Assembly: GCA_003427395.1 (NCBI GenBank)
Contig: BFEA01000026.1
Location: 5,531,251-5,595,250, forward strand
Length of the DNA: 64,000 nt
Direction: 5' to 3'
DNA from: Chara braunii
Taxonomy: Eukaryota; Plantae; Charophyceae
The notes beneath the pieces were generated by a model, which searched no databases, was not told the DNA's origin, and saw only the letters and a program-made list of their open reading frames with translations. Positions 11,409-23,021 of this stretch are shown here, piece by piece. The position numbers and the translations under genes are program-made. The first letter of the stretch is position 1; the number at the start of each line of letters is the position of its first letter.

Positions 11409-12324
11409 GGCCCAGCCCCAGAATAGAGTATTCATGACCATCTGCACGTGCCCCCTTCAGGGTTTCACCACCCTCCTAATGAAACCCCTGCAGAGTTGGG
11501 CTCTCCCCGTCCCATACCACACAGGAGAGATTCATGATGATAGTAGTTTTAGAATTATAGAAAAAAAGACATTCTTCAGAAATATCAGATGAAAATACGA
11601 ATGTAGAAAAGGAGCATTCATGCCACTCACAGATGAAAAAAGAAATAGTCAAATAGTAATTTATAACTAGGTTCTTGATAGGAGGACTTGAGAGTAGATA
11701 TACGTGAAAAATTAAAAAACAGATGTATTAATTAGGGATTTTTGGTATTAAAAATTACAGTCTAGGTTATTAATATGTAATCTAAGATCCAAAGCTAAGA
11801 TGGTTGAGAATATAATAAGATGTTTAATTAGGATGTTGATTATAGATGATAGTATTAAAAATGATGATTGTGATGATGACTATCGATAGCTTTTAGATTC
11901 TTAGATGACTAACTAGTTAGTTGTAGAGATTCTACGTTGATATAGAAAAGGAGTTCCCCCACCATACCATGAAAACTTATGATGATGCTAGTGATGGGTA
12001 AAATCGGTAAAAAGAGACATGCGTGAAATCCCCCTCCCCCCCCCCTCTCACCCAACTCTATTTCTATCTTATCTACCTCTCTATCTCCCCTGCCTCTCCC
12101 TCATTGTACTCCTCCCTTACCCTCTCCCTCTCCCTCCCTCATCCTCATCACCCTGCCATCCCACGCGCAACCCAATCAGCCCTTGCGCAGCCCTGTAACA
12201 AACCAGCTGCGGCGAGACAAATGAGCTCGCAGTGTCCCACGACGAGTGACGACCGGTAGGCGAGGACAAAAAACAGGAAGGTAAAAGTAGAAGAGAAGGA
12301 AGGAGAAAAGATGAGAGGTAAGAG

Positions 12325-14741
12325 AATAAAATGGAAAGATCAACACACATCCTTATTTGGAAGGATTCTAGTCATCAACAATGTGGTGCTAGCGTTCTTA
12401 TGGTACAGGACAACCATATGGTCACTCAATAAGATGGCACTACGCCCCCTCCAAAGACAGGTAGCGACCTTCCTCTGGAGAGGAAACCACGAATGCAAAA
12501 ACACAATCAGTAGAGTCGCCTGGAGTGCAATAATCCAGCCGAAGTCCAGAGGGTGCTTGGGGATTCTGGATCCTACCACACCGATTATGGCCTTGACCCT
12601 GAAACGGTTAAAGAGCCTCCTTTTTGACACAGAAGTCCCCTGGCAGCAGATGGCTCTACAACAGATTAGAAGGCTGGCCCCCCCCACCCCGGACAACATA
12701 GACCCGCTCGGGTGGTGAGAGGGCAGATACTGGACCATACCTAGAAAGACAACGAAAACAAACGACGAACTGAAATCTGCCAGACAAGCGGCAAGGAGAG
12801 ATATAAAAAATGACCCCTTTTGGACCGCGCTGCTCAGCACTTGGCGCAAACTACCGCTCCTAGACAAGGTAGCCCCGCGGTGGTTGGAAGAAGTATTGAG
12901 GCAGCCATTATTTGGGAACAGGTGGGTCACTGACTCCCATGGCTCGGTATTCCTTTGCACTGGGTCCCCTTGGAGGGGATGGGTGAGCAGAGGCATCCTC
13001 AGAGTTGGGGATATCTGGGATCTAAACACAAAAGACTGGATCACCGAACTCAACTGAGGGAGCGACTGCGATATTGCCACAATATTGGAGAAGCTTTGGA
13101 GGAAATCATTTTCTCAATTCCCTTAGGTTGGGTAAGGATTCTTAAAAAATGGCCAACCTTGGAAGAAAGCGACTAGGTAGGGATCAGGGGATGTACAGAC
13201 AAAGTAGGAAGCGTGGTGTTATCTGGCCGACCGGATAGAGAGGTGCTGGTGAACCTCTTTAATATCAGAAATAAAAACAGGTTGGTCAGGAAAAACCCGG
13301 AAGAAACAAGGTGGTTTAAAGAAGAGGAAATCTTCCGAATCAGGGTGCTAAAAGAAAAGGAACAGTGGTCGGCGTACAAACCTGATACCTCGATTGCACA
13401 TCTTGCCTTCGATCTGGCCGTTTGGGTCTGGACTACCCAGCTAGGCAGAGGCAGAACAGGAAAACAACACATCCACTTAATGACAGCCAAAGGAGTTTAT
13501 CGCCTACTGCGCCCAAAGTTGAACCTAAAAGATGTAGTCAGTGAACGTTGGATAAGACACCTAAACCTGGAACGGAACACCTTACGACCAATCAAAAGGT
13601 TCAGACTCAGCAAAACATCACCGGCCAAGATCGCGTCTTTACAATGGCAAATAGAACACCGCTGCTTACCTACAAATGACTGGTTGATTGACCGTTACTC
13701 TCTGGAACAGTAGGGTCTGGCCCTCCCCTGGTGTAAACTATGTATTGCCTCATACCCAGCAAGGAGGAGACCAGAAACAATTGAGCATATTTTTATGGAG
13801 ATGGTGGGACCGAGTGTGGAGCCTGTTAGGCACAACAACCCCATGGCCGTGGAATTGGCAATCAATCCTGTGTGAAGCTTGGCAGTCGGAACAAACAAGC
13901 ACCTTAGAAAGGAATATGTTCGCAGTGGGACGCAGAGCAGTCCTCTGGGCGATCTGGTGGAAAAGGTGCACCGGGAAGATGGAAGAAGTCTGTCCTAAAG
14001 GGTCGGTTGTCATAGAGACAATCAAGCACCAGATCCAGCCAGAGCTCACAGTGCAATGGGAAAAAATACAAGAAAAAATAACGTTTATGCATTCAAAAAC
14101 GGAAATCAAGATACAAATACAATCCTTCTGCAAAGACTGGCTGGGAGGGGAGCAAGGGGGCTGGATAGCGAAAATACAGTGGAAAGGGGGGGAAGGAGGG
14201 GAGCGGGGGGAAGGAAGAGATAGGGAAAAGATAGAAAGAGACTATCACCTCCACTTTCATGATTGGACCAGGATTGACCCCTCCATCCCGCTGCGGCCCC
14301 TCTCAGATTTCCCTGACCCCTTTCCACCGCCTGCAAACTCAATAGTCGAGACCCACTGGTACACATGTGCCTAAAACAGGCCTGATCGGTTCGATTGCTG
14401 TTTTTTCAGTTTTCCCTATTCATTCTGCACTAGAGTAGGCAATGCAAAAGGAAAGATAGGGAGGGGGAGGAATTAGTACATACTAGCAAGATCCGGCGCC
14501 GGTCTCATGATGAAGAGATTCCTCTACCCTGTTCAGTCAATCCCCTGGACACCAGGGCAATCAATGCTGGCAGGTGTCTCCCTTGGCTTTTTTGATGTTT
14601 TTCAGACAGGGCTCAAACTCTCATGTACAAGGGACGCTGGACCCGTTTTCCAGCAGGTGATGCTCCCCACCAATAGATGGAGCCACTCCCCAGGTGCTAG
14701 TGGTGTATGCTCTTATAAGCACCACTATCACTGAGGGGAAA

Positions 14742-14769
<28 letters not shown>
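12325..14769 (+). mobile_element. 5'-truncated, decayed L1/Tx1-like LINE (post-RT region, zf-RVT-like domain, 3'UTR, polyA)
   Basis: SLFGRILVINNVVL...VAWSAIIQPKSRGCLGI, WQIEHRCLPTN and LWAIWWKRC motifs, with stops and frameshifts. Module at 14631-14738, polyA at 14751-14769. Confidence 0.9.
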
Positions 14770-14772
<3 letters not shown>

Positions 14773-15730
14773 TAGGAATAGAGAAAGAGATTTCCTCCCC
14801 AAACATCCCTACTTACCCATTTCACGACACAGTCTGAAGAAAACGAAAATGATGATGATGATGAACCCATATCTCAACACCACTTAAAAAAACGACGATG
14901 ATAATGATGATGGATGATGATTGTGTTGTTGCTGATGATGATCTCTCGTGATTGACGCTCGGCTGAAGTAGAACGGACGACGATCAGCCGACGACCTGAA
15001 GACGAGTTAAAGTTTACCCTCTCGTGATGAACACTTAGCTGCTCTTGGGCTCCAACTTCGAAGACCTCCCACTCATTATCCCCCAACAATCCTCCTCCCA
15101 CCATGCGGGACACACTGAACTCTTCTCCATATCGGGATGAACCGACCATCCTCCACCTAAATTCGCAAGATGAAGAGTACTAGTGATTACTCATGAAGTA
15201 CCACTCAATACCAAACAATACTCCCCTCCTTTCGGCATGCTAGCCTGCAGCATCACTCTCATGAAGCGCGAAGCTCGGAGATGGCACTGACGTGCTTTCA
15301 AAAGTCAGAGGACATTGAGTGACGAGGTTCAAGCCATTGATCACCATCCCATATTCCACTCCATGTTCGTTGTAGATTTCGGCCAGTCGCACTCCCTGGT
15401 GCTCACCTTCCTGCGCGAGTGCGCGAGCGCTGAAGCGTGCATTAACACGCTTCACACACGGACGAGTACCCTTGCGCGAGCACCCTCGCGTGCAAGGTCT
15501 CAAAAACACCTGCGACGTGCGAGCACCATCACGCGCGAACACTCGTGACGGTCGCGCAGATGGGTGGCGGACGTGCGCCAGACGCAGTGCTAGCGGGCGT
15601 TCCATTGTGCCAGAGAGACAACTCATGGCCACTCATTTTGCGGTAGCATGCTCACGCGAGCACTTCGACAAAAAAAAGTGAGCCGATGCGTAGATTCATT
15701 CGATTTTGCTCATCCTATCGATGGAAGTAC

Positions 15731-15734
<4 letters not shown>

Positions 15735-15816
<82 letters not shown>
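15735..15816. repeat. (CT)n(CA)n microsatellite
   Basis: Direct observation. Confidence 0.9.
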
Positions 15817-17114
15817 NNNNNNNNNNNNNNNNNNNNNNNNNNNNNNNNNNNNNNNNNNNNNNNNNNNNNNNNNNNNNNNNNNNNNNNNNNNNNNNNNNNN
15901 NNNNNNNNNNNNNNNNNNNNNNNNNNNNNNNNNNNNNNNNNNNNNNNNNNNNNNNNNNNNNNNNNNNNNNNNNNCCTTTTTTTTTGGGGGGGGGGGTGTA
16001 ATTTTCCAAATACCCCCATAAGTTGAGATATATGTCAAAATGACCCAAAACGATATGGGCACAGTGGAATGGCCTCTTGGACTGATATGTTTGTGTTATG
16101 CCCCTGTCAGGTGGGTGTGGAAATTCGCTGAGCCTTTTGTAACTGTACCCACGAAAACTTGGCAACTGTCAGGGCATTGTGCAAAGTTGGGCAACGTCCA
16201 GTAGGGGTACATTGCAAAGATGGGGTCCAACTGATGGCTGGGGTGTTTCGCAAAATGTTTTTGTCACCGTCCTTCGCCGCGGCAGGTCCACTTGTAATTT
16301 AAAAAGCACTATTTTGCTGAGAAAACGGATTGACAAGTTGAATCAGACAGCTAGTAACATGCATGATGGAATGCTGCTTTGCTCCAGTTTTGACAAGAAG
16401 GAAATGCTTACGGAACTACCTCATGACGAAATCATTAAGGAATTTGAATGGTTGTGTGACTTCATTCTGGCCAAAGGTCGCAATGCTGTTTGGGTCAACA
16501 GGAGAGGGAAAGGTACTACTATGGGCAAAGGCTATGGTGAAGTTGGTAAACGACTCAAATCAATATTGACATTAAAGAATTAAGTAAGCATGTTTGACTT
16601 CATAATAGGTTCTTACAACAGCGTTAACTTGACCTTGTAATTTATGCCTCCACCATTTTGAGCTCATTTATTACCTTTAAGTTTCCATAGAGGAGAGAAG
16701 GTTACTTTTCCTCCAGCTCCAGGATGTGATGAGTCGACATCACAATTGTGTTCAATGAAACGACAATTATAGTAAATAACTTTTACTCGAATGAAATGAA
16801 TACTATCGATTGAGGCGATGATGGCGCAGTCTGCGACATATAAATGCATGACTAGTGTCTCAAAACCAGTCGAGCAAGCTCACATGTTGCCTTGGTTTCA
16901 ATGCATGTAGCCTTCGTGCCACCACGAAGTTCGGACCATATCATCAATCCAAGCAGGGATGTCTGGCGTGTAGTCGTTGAAGGGTGCAGCACACGTATCA
17001 ACACATGTATGATTTCCCTGTTGATTGTCTACACCGACACCTTTGTCATTTGGCGGGATATTCGGCGGAGTTCCCAGCATATATCCAACTTTGCGCCTAC
17101 ACATTACTGTGTAA

Positions 17115-17289
17115 GCACCCCAAGATGATGACGTGTCAAACGACTATGTCGATATGAGCGCTTGGGAGTCATCAACATGTTATCCTCGGCGTACCTTTGA
17201 TCCGTTAAGTGACAGCCCTTCCACACGGGGCCCCTGGATCACTATGGCCGACTTTCGTTTTTGTTCGACTTGTAGGTCTCACGGTCAGG
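17115..17289 (-). pseudogene. rrn26: Mitochondrial-type LSU rRNA fragment (NUMT)
   Basis: GGGAGTCATCA..TGTTATCCTCGGCGTACCTTTGATCCGTT...GGATCACTATGGCCGACTTTCG matches the antisense of the plant mitochondrial 26S peptidyl-transferase region. The adjacent piece CCAGGATGTGATGAGTCGACATC lies at about 16719-16741. Confidence 0.8.
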
Positions 17290-18124
17290 TACGTTGTGCC
17301 TTAGTTTAGGCTAAGGAATGATTTTGTATACCATGTTTGTATGGTGGCGTGATGTAATACGTGAATCCACCTACATAGGATATCATACATCAGTGGTTCA
17401 AGTGGGACTCCATTATGGTATGATTTTGTTCACTGTGTCAGAAGTAATGTTTTTTGTAGTTCTTTTTTAGGTTTTCTTTCATTCAACTCTGGCGCCTCCT
17501 GTAGAAATTGGTGCGGGTCCCCTTTAAGTTTTCGATGTTGATTGATTTTGTCAAGTGCAATCTTGAGCACTCTTCTCAAGTTTTGTTGGACTCATTATTA
17601 GACAAGTCATAGGAATCCCAGTCGGTAAGAGTTCAAGCCCTTCCCTTGCTTGTTTTCTCTTTGCTCATCACAAATTTCACTTTATGGGTTCTCTTAGTAA
17701 TGACCGACGCCTGATAGTCGGGCTTGCGTTGGTGGATGATGTTGCCTTCTTCTTCATTCTTCCTAACTGTTCCCAAGGGTATCTAGCAATTTGCTAAAGG
17801 TGAGGAAAGTCTTGGAGAAGTTTAGATCTATCTATATAGTAACGGGTTGACTCTCGTATGGACAGATGGTCGAGATGGCAAGTTCGTGTTCTTAGGATGT
17901 CAAGTTACCCCCTTATGACGCTGCGAGGCTCTGATGAAGGACCAGGGTCATATTTGGGAGAAGGATGGTGTTGTCTTCCAATCCACCCGACTACTGGTCC
18001 TATGTTATGTAGCCGTTTGAACGCCATGAACGCGCGTTCGCGTTCAAATTCGTGTTTGAACGCGGATTCGCGCTCGCGTTCAATTTTTATATATATATTC
18101 TTTTCTTAAGAGCCCTTTTACAGC

Positions 18125-18230
18125 CTCCTATCCCAGTGGTGGTAAGAGAACCACTAGGATTGAGGATTTGATAGTCGTGTTGCTCCGTCTATTGGTGGGG
18201 AGCGACGTCTGCTGGAAACCAGGTTCGGCG

Positions 18231-18234
<4 letters not shown>
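18125..18234 (-). mobile_element. Retroposed LINE 3' tail (degenerate module)
   Basis: Reverse-complement pseudoknot core plus a hairpin with TCTCTTACC loop. Confidence 0.65.
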
Positions 18235-18281
<47 letters not shown>

Positions 18282-19689
18282 TTTTCTTTTTTTTTTTNNN
18301 NNNNNNNNNNNNNNNNNNNNNNNNNNNNNNNNNNNNNNNNNNNNNNNNNNNNNNNNNNNNNNNNNNNCCCCCCCCCCCCCCCCCACCATCCCTGCGGGTC
18401 CGTGCGGAATTGAACTCCCCGTGCATGCATGTTCATTGAACGGAGTTCGATTTCATTCAATTTTTGAACAAAAAGTCGCGTTCAGTGAACGCGCAGTCTC
18501 ATAGGCCCTATGAACCAAAGACACAAAAGATTGGTCTGATAAAATGCCACGTGAGCAAAATTCAGACCCATTCCTCAGACCACAGAGGAATGGGTCCTTG
18601 CCTCCTTTCTTTGAGGCGCGAGCTAAGGATTAGGGGGGTTCCAGGATGGTCTTTTCTGGAGGCACTGTGGGAATTTTCTACAAAAAGACCATCATTGTTG
18701 GGAAGCATGGGTCAGGTTTTTCTCTAAGGGACTGAGGGTATCTTAGGCTTAGAAAAATAACGGGTAGACGGTTCGGTCCGCCGTCGAGTACACATCAAGG
18801 AATGTGAAGAATTAAACCCTTCTTTTACAGGGTACAAGCGAGGACTGTTTTTTCTCTGACTACTTCATCCATCTTTTCCAGGCGTCATATCTCCTCCCAC
18901 GAATTCTGCCGATTCTCATTTTGTTTTTTCCCGCCGGAACTCTTGTTGCCTTCTGCCCGCAACCCATCCCTGCCTTCTCCCTGGCCTCCATATCCGTCAG
19001 AAGATTTGTCATCCACTCGTTCATTCATATCTCCCGCTTGTACCTATCTGTGTACGTACTCACTCGTCGCCCATGTTTCTTCTCATCATCCACCTGTCCC
19101 TTAATCTACTCCTCGAATTCTGCCTTCCCGCCTTCTCTTTTGATCTGTTCTCTGTTTTCTGTCCCACCAATCTGATCTCTTTCGCCCGGTGCTTATCTTG
19201 CCTGAGTTGCCTCCATGTGTGGCACCTTCCCTTTCTATCGAATGGGTAAGTTTCATACTCTTCTTCGAGGTCCCAAACTCATGTTTTTGCTCAAAGGCTA
19301 CGATAGGCGATGGCCTGGAGAGGCAGGCGACATGATGAGCTGTTCGGAAGAGTATTTAAACAAGGTAGGTTGCATTACTTCGCAAGCGCAACCTCTTCTC
19401 CCCTGAGGATGGCCAATACGGCGAGTTGGCCGAAACAGGTCGGTAATTTCGCCGACTGTGCTTCTCTATGATGTCACACACGTATTTTCTGCGAAGCGTG
19501 GTTGCATTGCGCTACCAGCGACTCTGTGTATCCTCTCAATCTCATCTCTTTTCTCCTATCTCGCTCATCATTTTCCTATGTGTACCGCATATGAGAGTGC
19601 TGTCCATTTTTGGTCTGCAGCTTTTATCAGAGCTCGAGCCTAGTGCTCAATCAGGCGCGTTCAGAGTGTCTTGCCTTCCCTATCTATAT

Positions 19690-19783
19690 CTACTTTGGGC
19701 GGGGGATAAGAGCCTCCTTCCCAAGTAGCCTAGCTATCAGCCGCTCCATCTATTGGTGGGGAGCATCACCTGCTGGAGAACGG
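19690..19783 (-). mobile_element. Retroposed LINE 3' tail (partial module)
   Basis: GCTCCATCTATTGGTGGGGAGCATCACCTGCTGG plus a hairpin with GCTCTTATC loop. Confidence 0.65.
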
Positions 19784-19841
19784 ATTACCACCACCGGGAT
19801 AGAGAGCTTACACAAGGGCTATTTAAACAACAACAACAACA

Positions 19842-19872
<31 letters not shown>

Positions 19873-19897
19873 CGGACGGTGGTATAGTAACTACTGG

Positions 19898-19980
19898 GTC
19901 TGTAGTCAGTGTCTTTAGTCAGTGTCTGTAGTCAGTGTCTGTAGTCAGTGTCTGTAGTCAGTGTCTGTAGTCAGTGTCTT
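19898..19980. repeat. 13-bp tandem repeat (GTCTGTAGTCAGT), about 6 copies
   Basis: Direct observation. Confidence 0.9.
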
Positions 19981-20603
19981 CCTATGCCTGGGGGAACCCT
20001 GCTGATGACCGAGACCCAGCAACAGGTGGGGGCTTGTCTATGTGTTGATGACAGAGGCATGGGTACCTCCGGGGGTTATACTACCAGTGCAAACAACAAT
20101 AGTGCCAAAGAAAAACAGAACAATGGCCATACATGGCTGTGCTGCACAGGGTCCTCGCCGACTCCTCGGGAAGGGCTTCACTGGTTAGGCCTTGGCTTAG
20201 GGGGGTCAGTGGAGACTGCACGTGGTATCTGGAGTATTGGGGAAGCCAGAACTCGGGTGGGGGACACATAGAGTCTACCTAGAGGGCCTGTGGTACAATA
20301 GGTTACACCTGGCGTCTGAAGTACTCGTGCGACGGGGCTCGTTCGACTGTACTTCCACTGTGGGCTGAGTAGGGTAGGGGACTCTGTTTAGCTCGGTGCC
20401 TATGAATACAGTCTCAGCCTGCCACCGTGGCCGGGTGGTTGGGTGATGGTCCTTGTACAGAAGCATGACTGGGGAGTAGGGGATGTGCTGGGGAGAATGG
20501 TTGTGAGTCTGGGAGGGAGGAGGTTGCAGGTGGATCAAAAAACAAACCAGATGGTTGACAACTGAATGGTGACTGTCATATGTCTAGAATCCAACATTTT
20601 TTT

Positions 20604-20775
20604 GGGGGGAAACTACGCGGGAGTCACAAAAATGAGTTATATATACTTGCAGGATGGGCCAAGATACAGTTTTGAATTGGAGTTTGGGCAATGTATACAA
20701 CCCAACTTTCTGGCCAGGTAGGGTGCCCGAAGTGCAATTGCAAACTGTATCTTGGCCCGTAGTGCAATTATAACT
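20604..20775 (-). mobile_element. Palindromic MITE-like element, copy 2
   Basis: Reverse complement of 34976-35155 and 871-1052. Confidence 0.75.
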
Positions 20776-20929
20776 TTTTTTTTTTTAAGACTCAGGCTCC
20801 AATCTATACGTGGGGAGCATCACGTGCTGAGAACCGGGCTCAGCGTCCCTTTTTTCAAAAACTATGTAATGAAAAGAGCAAGAATGATTGAATTTCTATT
20901 TGGAATCTTCACAAGAATCTTCACAAGTT

Positions 20930-22781
20930 TGGTGCTGGTTGCTGCCGGTTGTGTCGGCTGCGATGGTTGGAAATAATGGGCTCTGCGCCGAAGGGGATAA
21001 CCTATAGGGTGGAAATGGGGCACAGCGGTGGTGGAGATGGTGGCTCTACCGCGGTAAGTCTTGCCGGAATAGGGTTGAAAAGGAATAGTGTCGGTTGATG
21101 CAACCAGTGCCTGGAGGAGCTGGATGATCGGAACTACAGCTAGGGTGATGATTGGGGCTTGGCTGCTATCTGCTGATGTCCTTGGTCCCGGTGGTTTGCT
21201 AATGGACGAGGCTGGTCGGAGCTGGGGCTTGGTCGCGCTGCCCTGTAACTCGACTTGCACGGGGGTCTGAGACCTGGTAGAGAGATCTTGGGGGTTGTCG
21301 AGGGTGGAAGGCACTCTAGTGTCTATTGGTGAACTGGTACTCAGCTGATGCTGGCCGGAGCCGGGGCGGGTCGCTATGCCCTGTAGCCCAGCAGGTGGGT
21401 TTTTTTCGGAGTGGGTCGCGCCACTCTGTAACCTAGCAGTTGAGGGTGTGCGGCCTGGTTGAGATCGAGTATCGGGACATCAGGGGGAGGCAGATAGGGT
21501 TGGGCTGCTGAAAGCACTAAGGTAGGTGGTTTTTCCGGTCTGAAGGTTCCCAAGATCCAAGGTTTGGTTGGTTGTTCATTGTTCTCAAGGGAGGTCTTAA
21601 GAATGATTTAGGTTTTGTGGGACTCCTAGCAACGCATCTTAGATGACTCCTTTGCTGATATACTCAGTGATCTGCGGCTGTTCGATGCCAGAACGACGCT
21701 GGTCGGTGTTGGGGTGTTGCCCTGTGACCTGCTGATGCAGGAATGTGAGGCCTGATAGAGAGATCTAAGGATGCTTTGGGATGGGCATTCCAAGGGACAA
21801 CCAAAGGTTGTTGCTGGGACGACGCTGGTCGGAGTTTGGGTAAGTCGTGTTGCCCTGTAACCCAGCAGGGTGGGGGTGTGAGGCCTGGAAGAGCCTGGCA
21901 GGGAGTAAGACAATGGTGGAGCGTGTTAGAAGGGTTGTTAGGGATCTACAGGGTTTTGAGCATTTGTAGGACCTCTGTGGTGGCGTGTTTTGTTGTGGCC
22001 AGACTTTTTTTATGAAGTTTATCGTAGTAATTTTCTAAGTCGTTCATAATTTTCCTATAAAAAAAAATGGTTTTCTAAAAAAGAACTGGAGGATGGGAGG
22101 TAGTAAGGGGTCTCTCAACAGGGGAGGGGTTGTTTGTTAAGGTAAGTAGGTTAGAAGGACGATGCTGGGACGACACAGGCCGGTGCTGGAGTTTTTGCTC
22201 TGTGACTTGGGAGGAGCTTGAGGCCTATGGAGTTATGTCGAGGGTGGAAGGCATAACCAGACCGTCCGACGCAGCCGACGCCGAGGTATTAACCCTGTAA
22301 CTTGTTGTCAGGGGTTTGCCGCCAAGGGAAATGTCGAGGGAGGAAGGCACTTCCTGTCCGTCAGAATTAGGTTGGTCAGCTTGCGGAAGGTTGTGGTGCC
22401 CTGTTACCCTAGCAAAAGGGGATATGAGATCAAGTAAGTTATGGTACGAGGATTGAAAGTCTGGACCGACATTTCGTCTGTTGAGGGGGAGAGTTTTGGA
22501 TAGTAGGTGGGTTCAGTTTTGATCCTCTGGCCTCATATTGTTTCAAGTTTCTTCATACTTTTTGAATTTTTAGCCTATCTCATAAGGTTTTTTGTCTAAT
22601 AGGCTATAAATTGCTCATGATCCTATTCTTAGCCAAAGCCGGGTAATGGCCCCGGTACCTTGAGTTTTTTTCGTATATGTTCTTCAAATGTTCTTAATGG
22701 GACGCTGGGCTCGGTCCCCAGCATGTGCGGCTCCCCACGAATAGATTGGAGCATTGTCCCAAAAAAAAAAAAAAAAAAAAA
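20930..22781 (+). mobile_element. Non-coding repeat-bodied retroelement ending in the LINE 3' module and polyA
   Basis: Multiple diverged units (GACGCTGGTCGGAG...GCCCTGTAAC...GAGGCCTGGTAGAGAGATC...GTCGAGGGTGGAAGGCA). Module at 22699-22752, A-tract at 22761-22781. Confidence 0.55.
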
Positions 22782-23021
22782 GATTGAACCAGCACCTCCA
22801 CCCCGTTTTTTGGCGCCAGATCGTACTGTAACCTCTAGCACTGCTTCTCTTTAAAAAAAGGGGAAGAAGCACCCCTTCCTTAACACCCATTTCCTAACAC
22901 CTCCTGCCAGCCTTGCCTGCCCAAGTGAGACAAGGGGGTTTGTAACTAGGTGGTACCTAATAATTTCAGGTACTGCTCTATACTCTGCACTCTTTTGCAT
23001 GCACCATTCCTCATACATTGA

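Noticed and set aside
14631-14683. Module as a hammerhead or HDV-like ribozyme
   Set aside because: No CUGANGA/GAAA core and no HDV nested double-pseudoknot topology could be fitted. It lies at the 3' rather than the 5' end.
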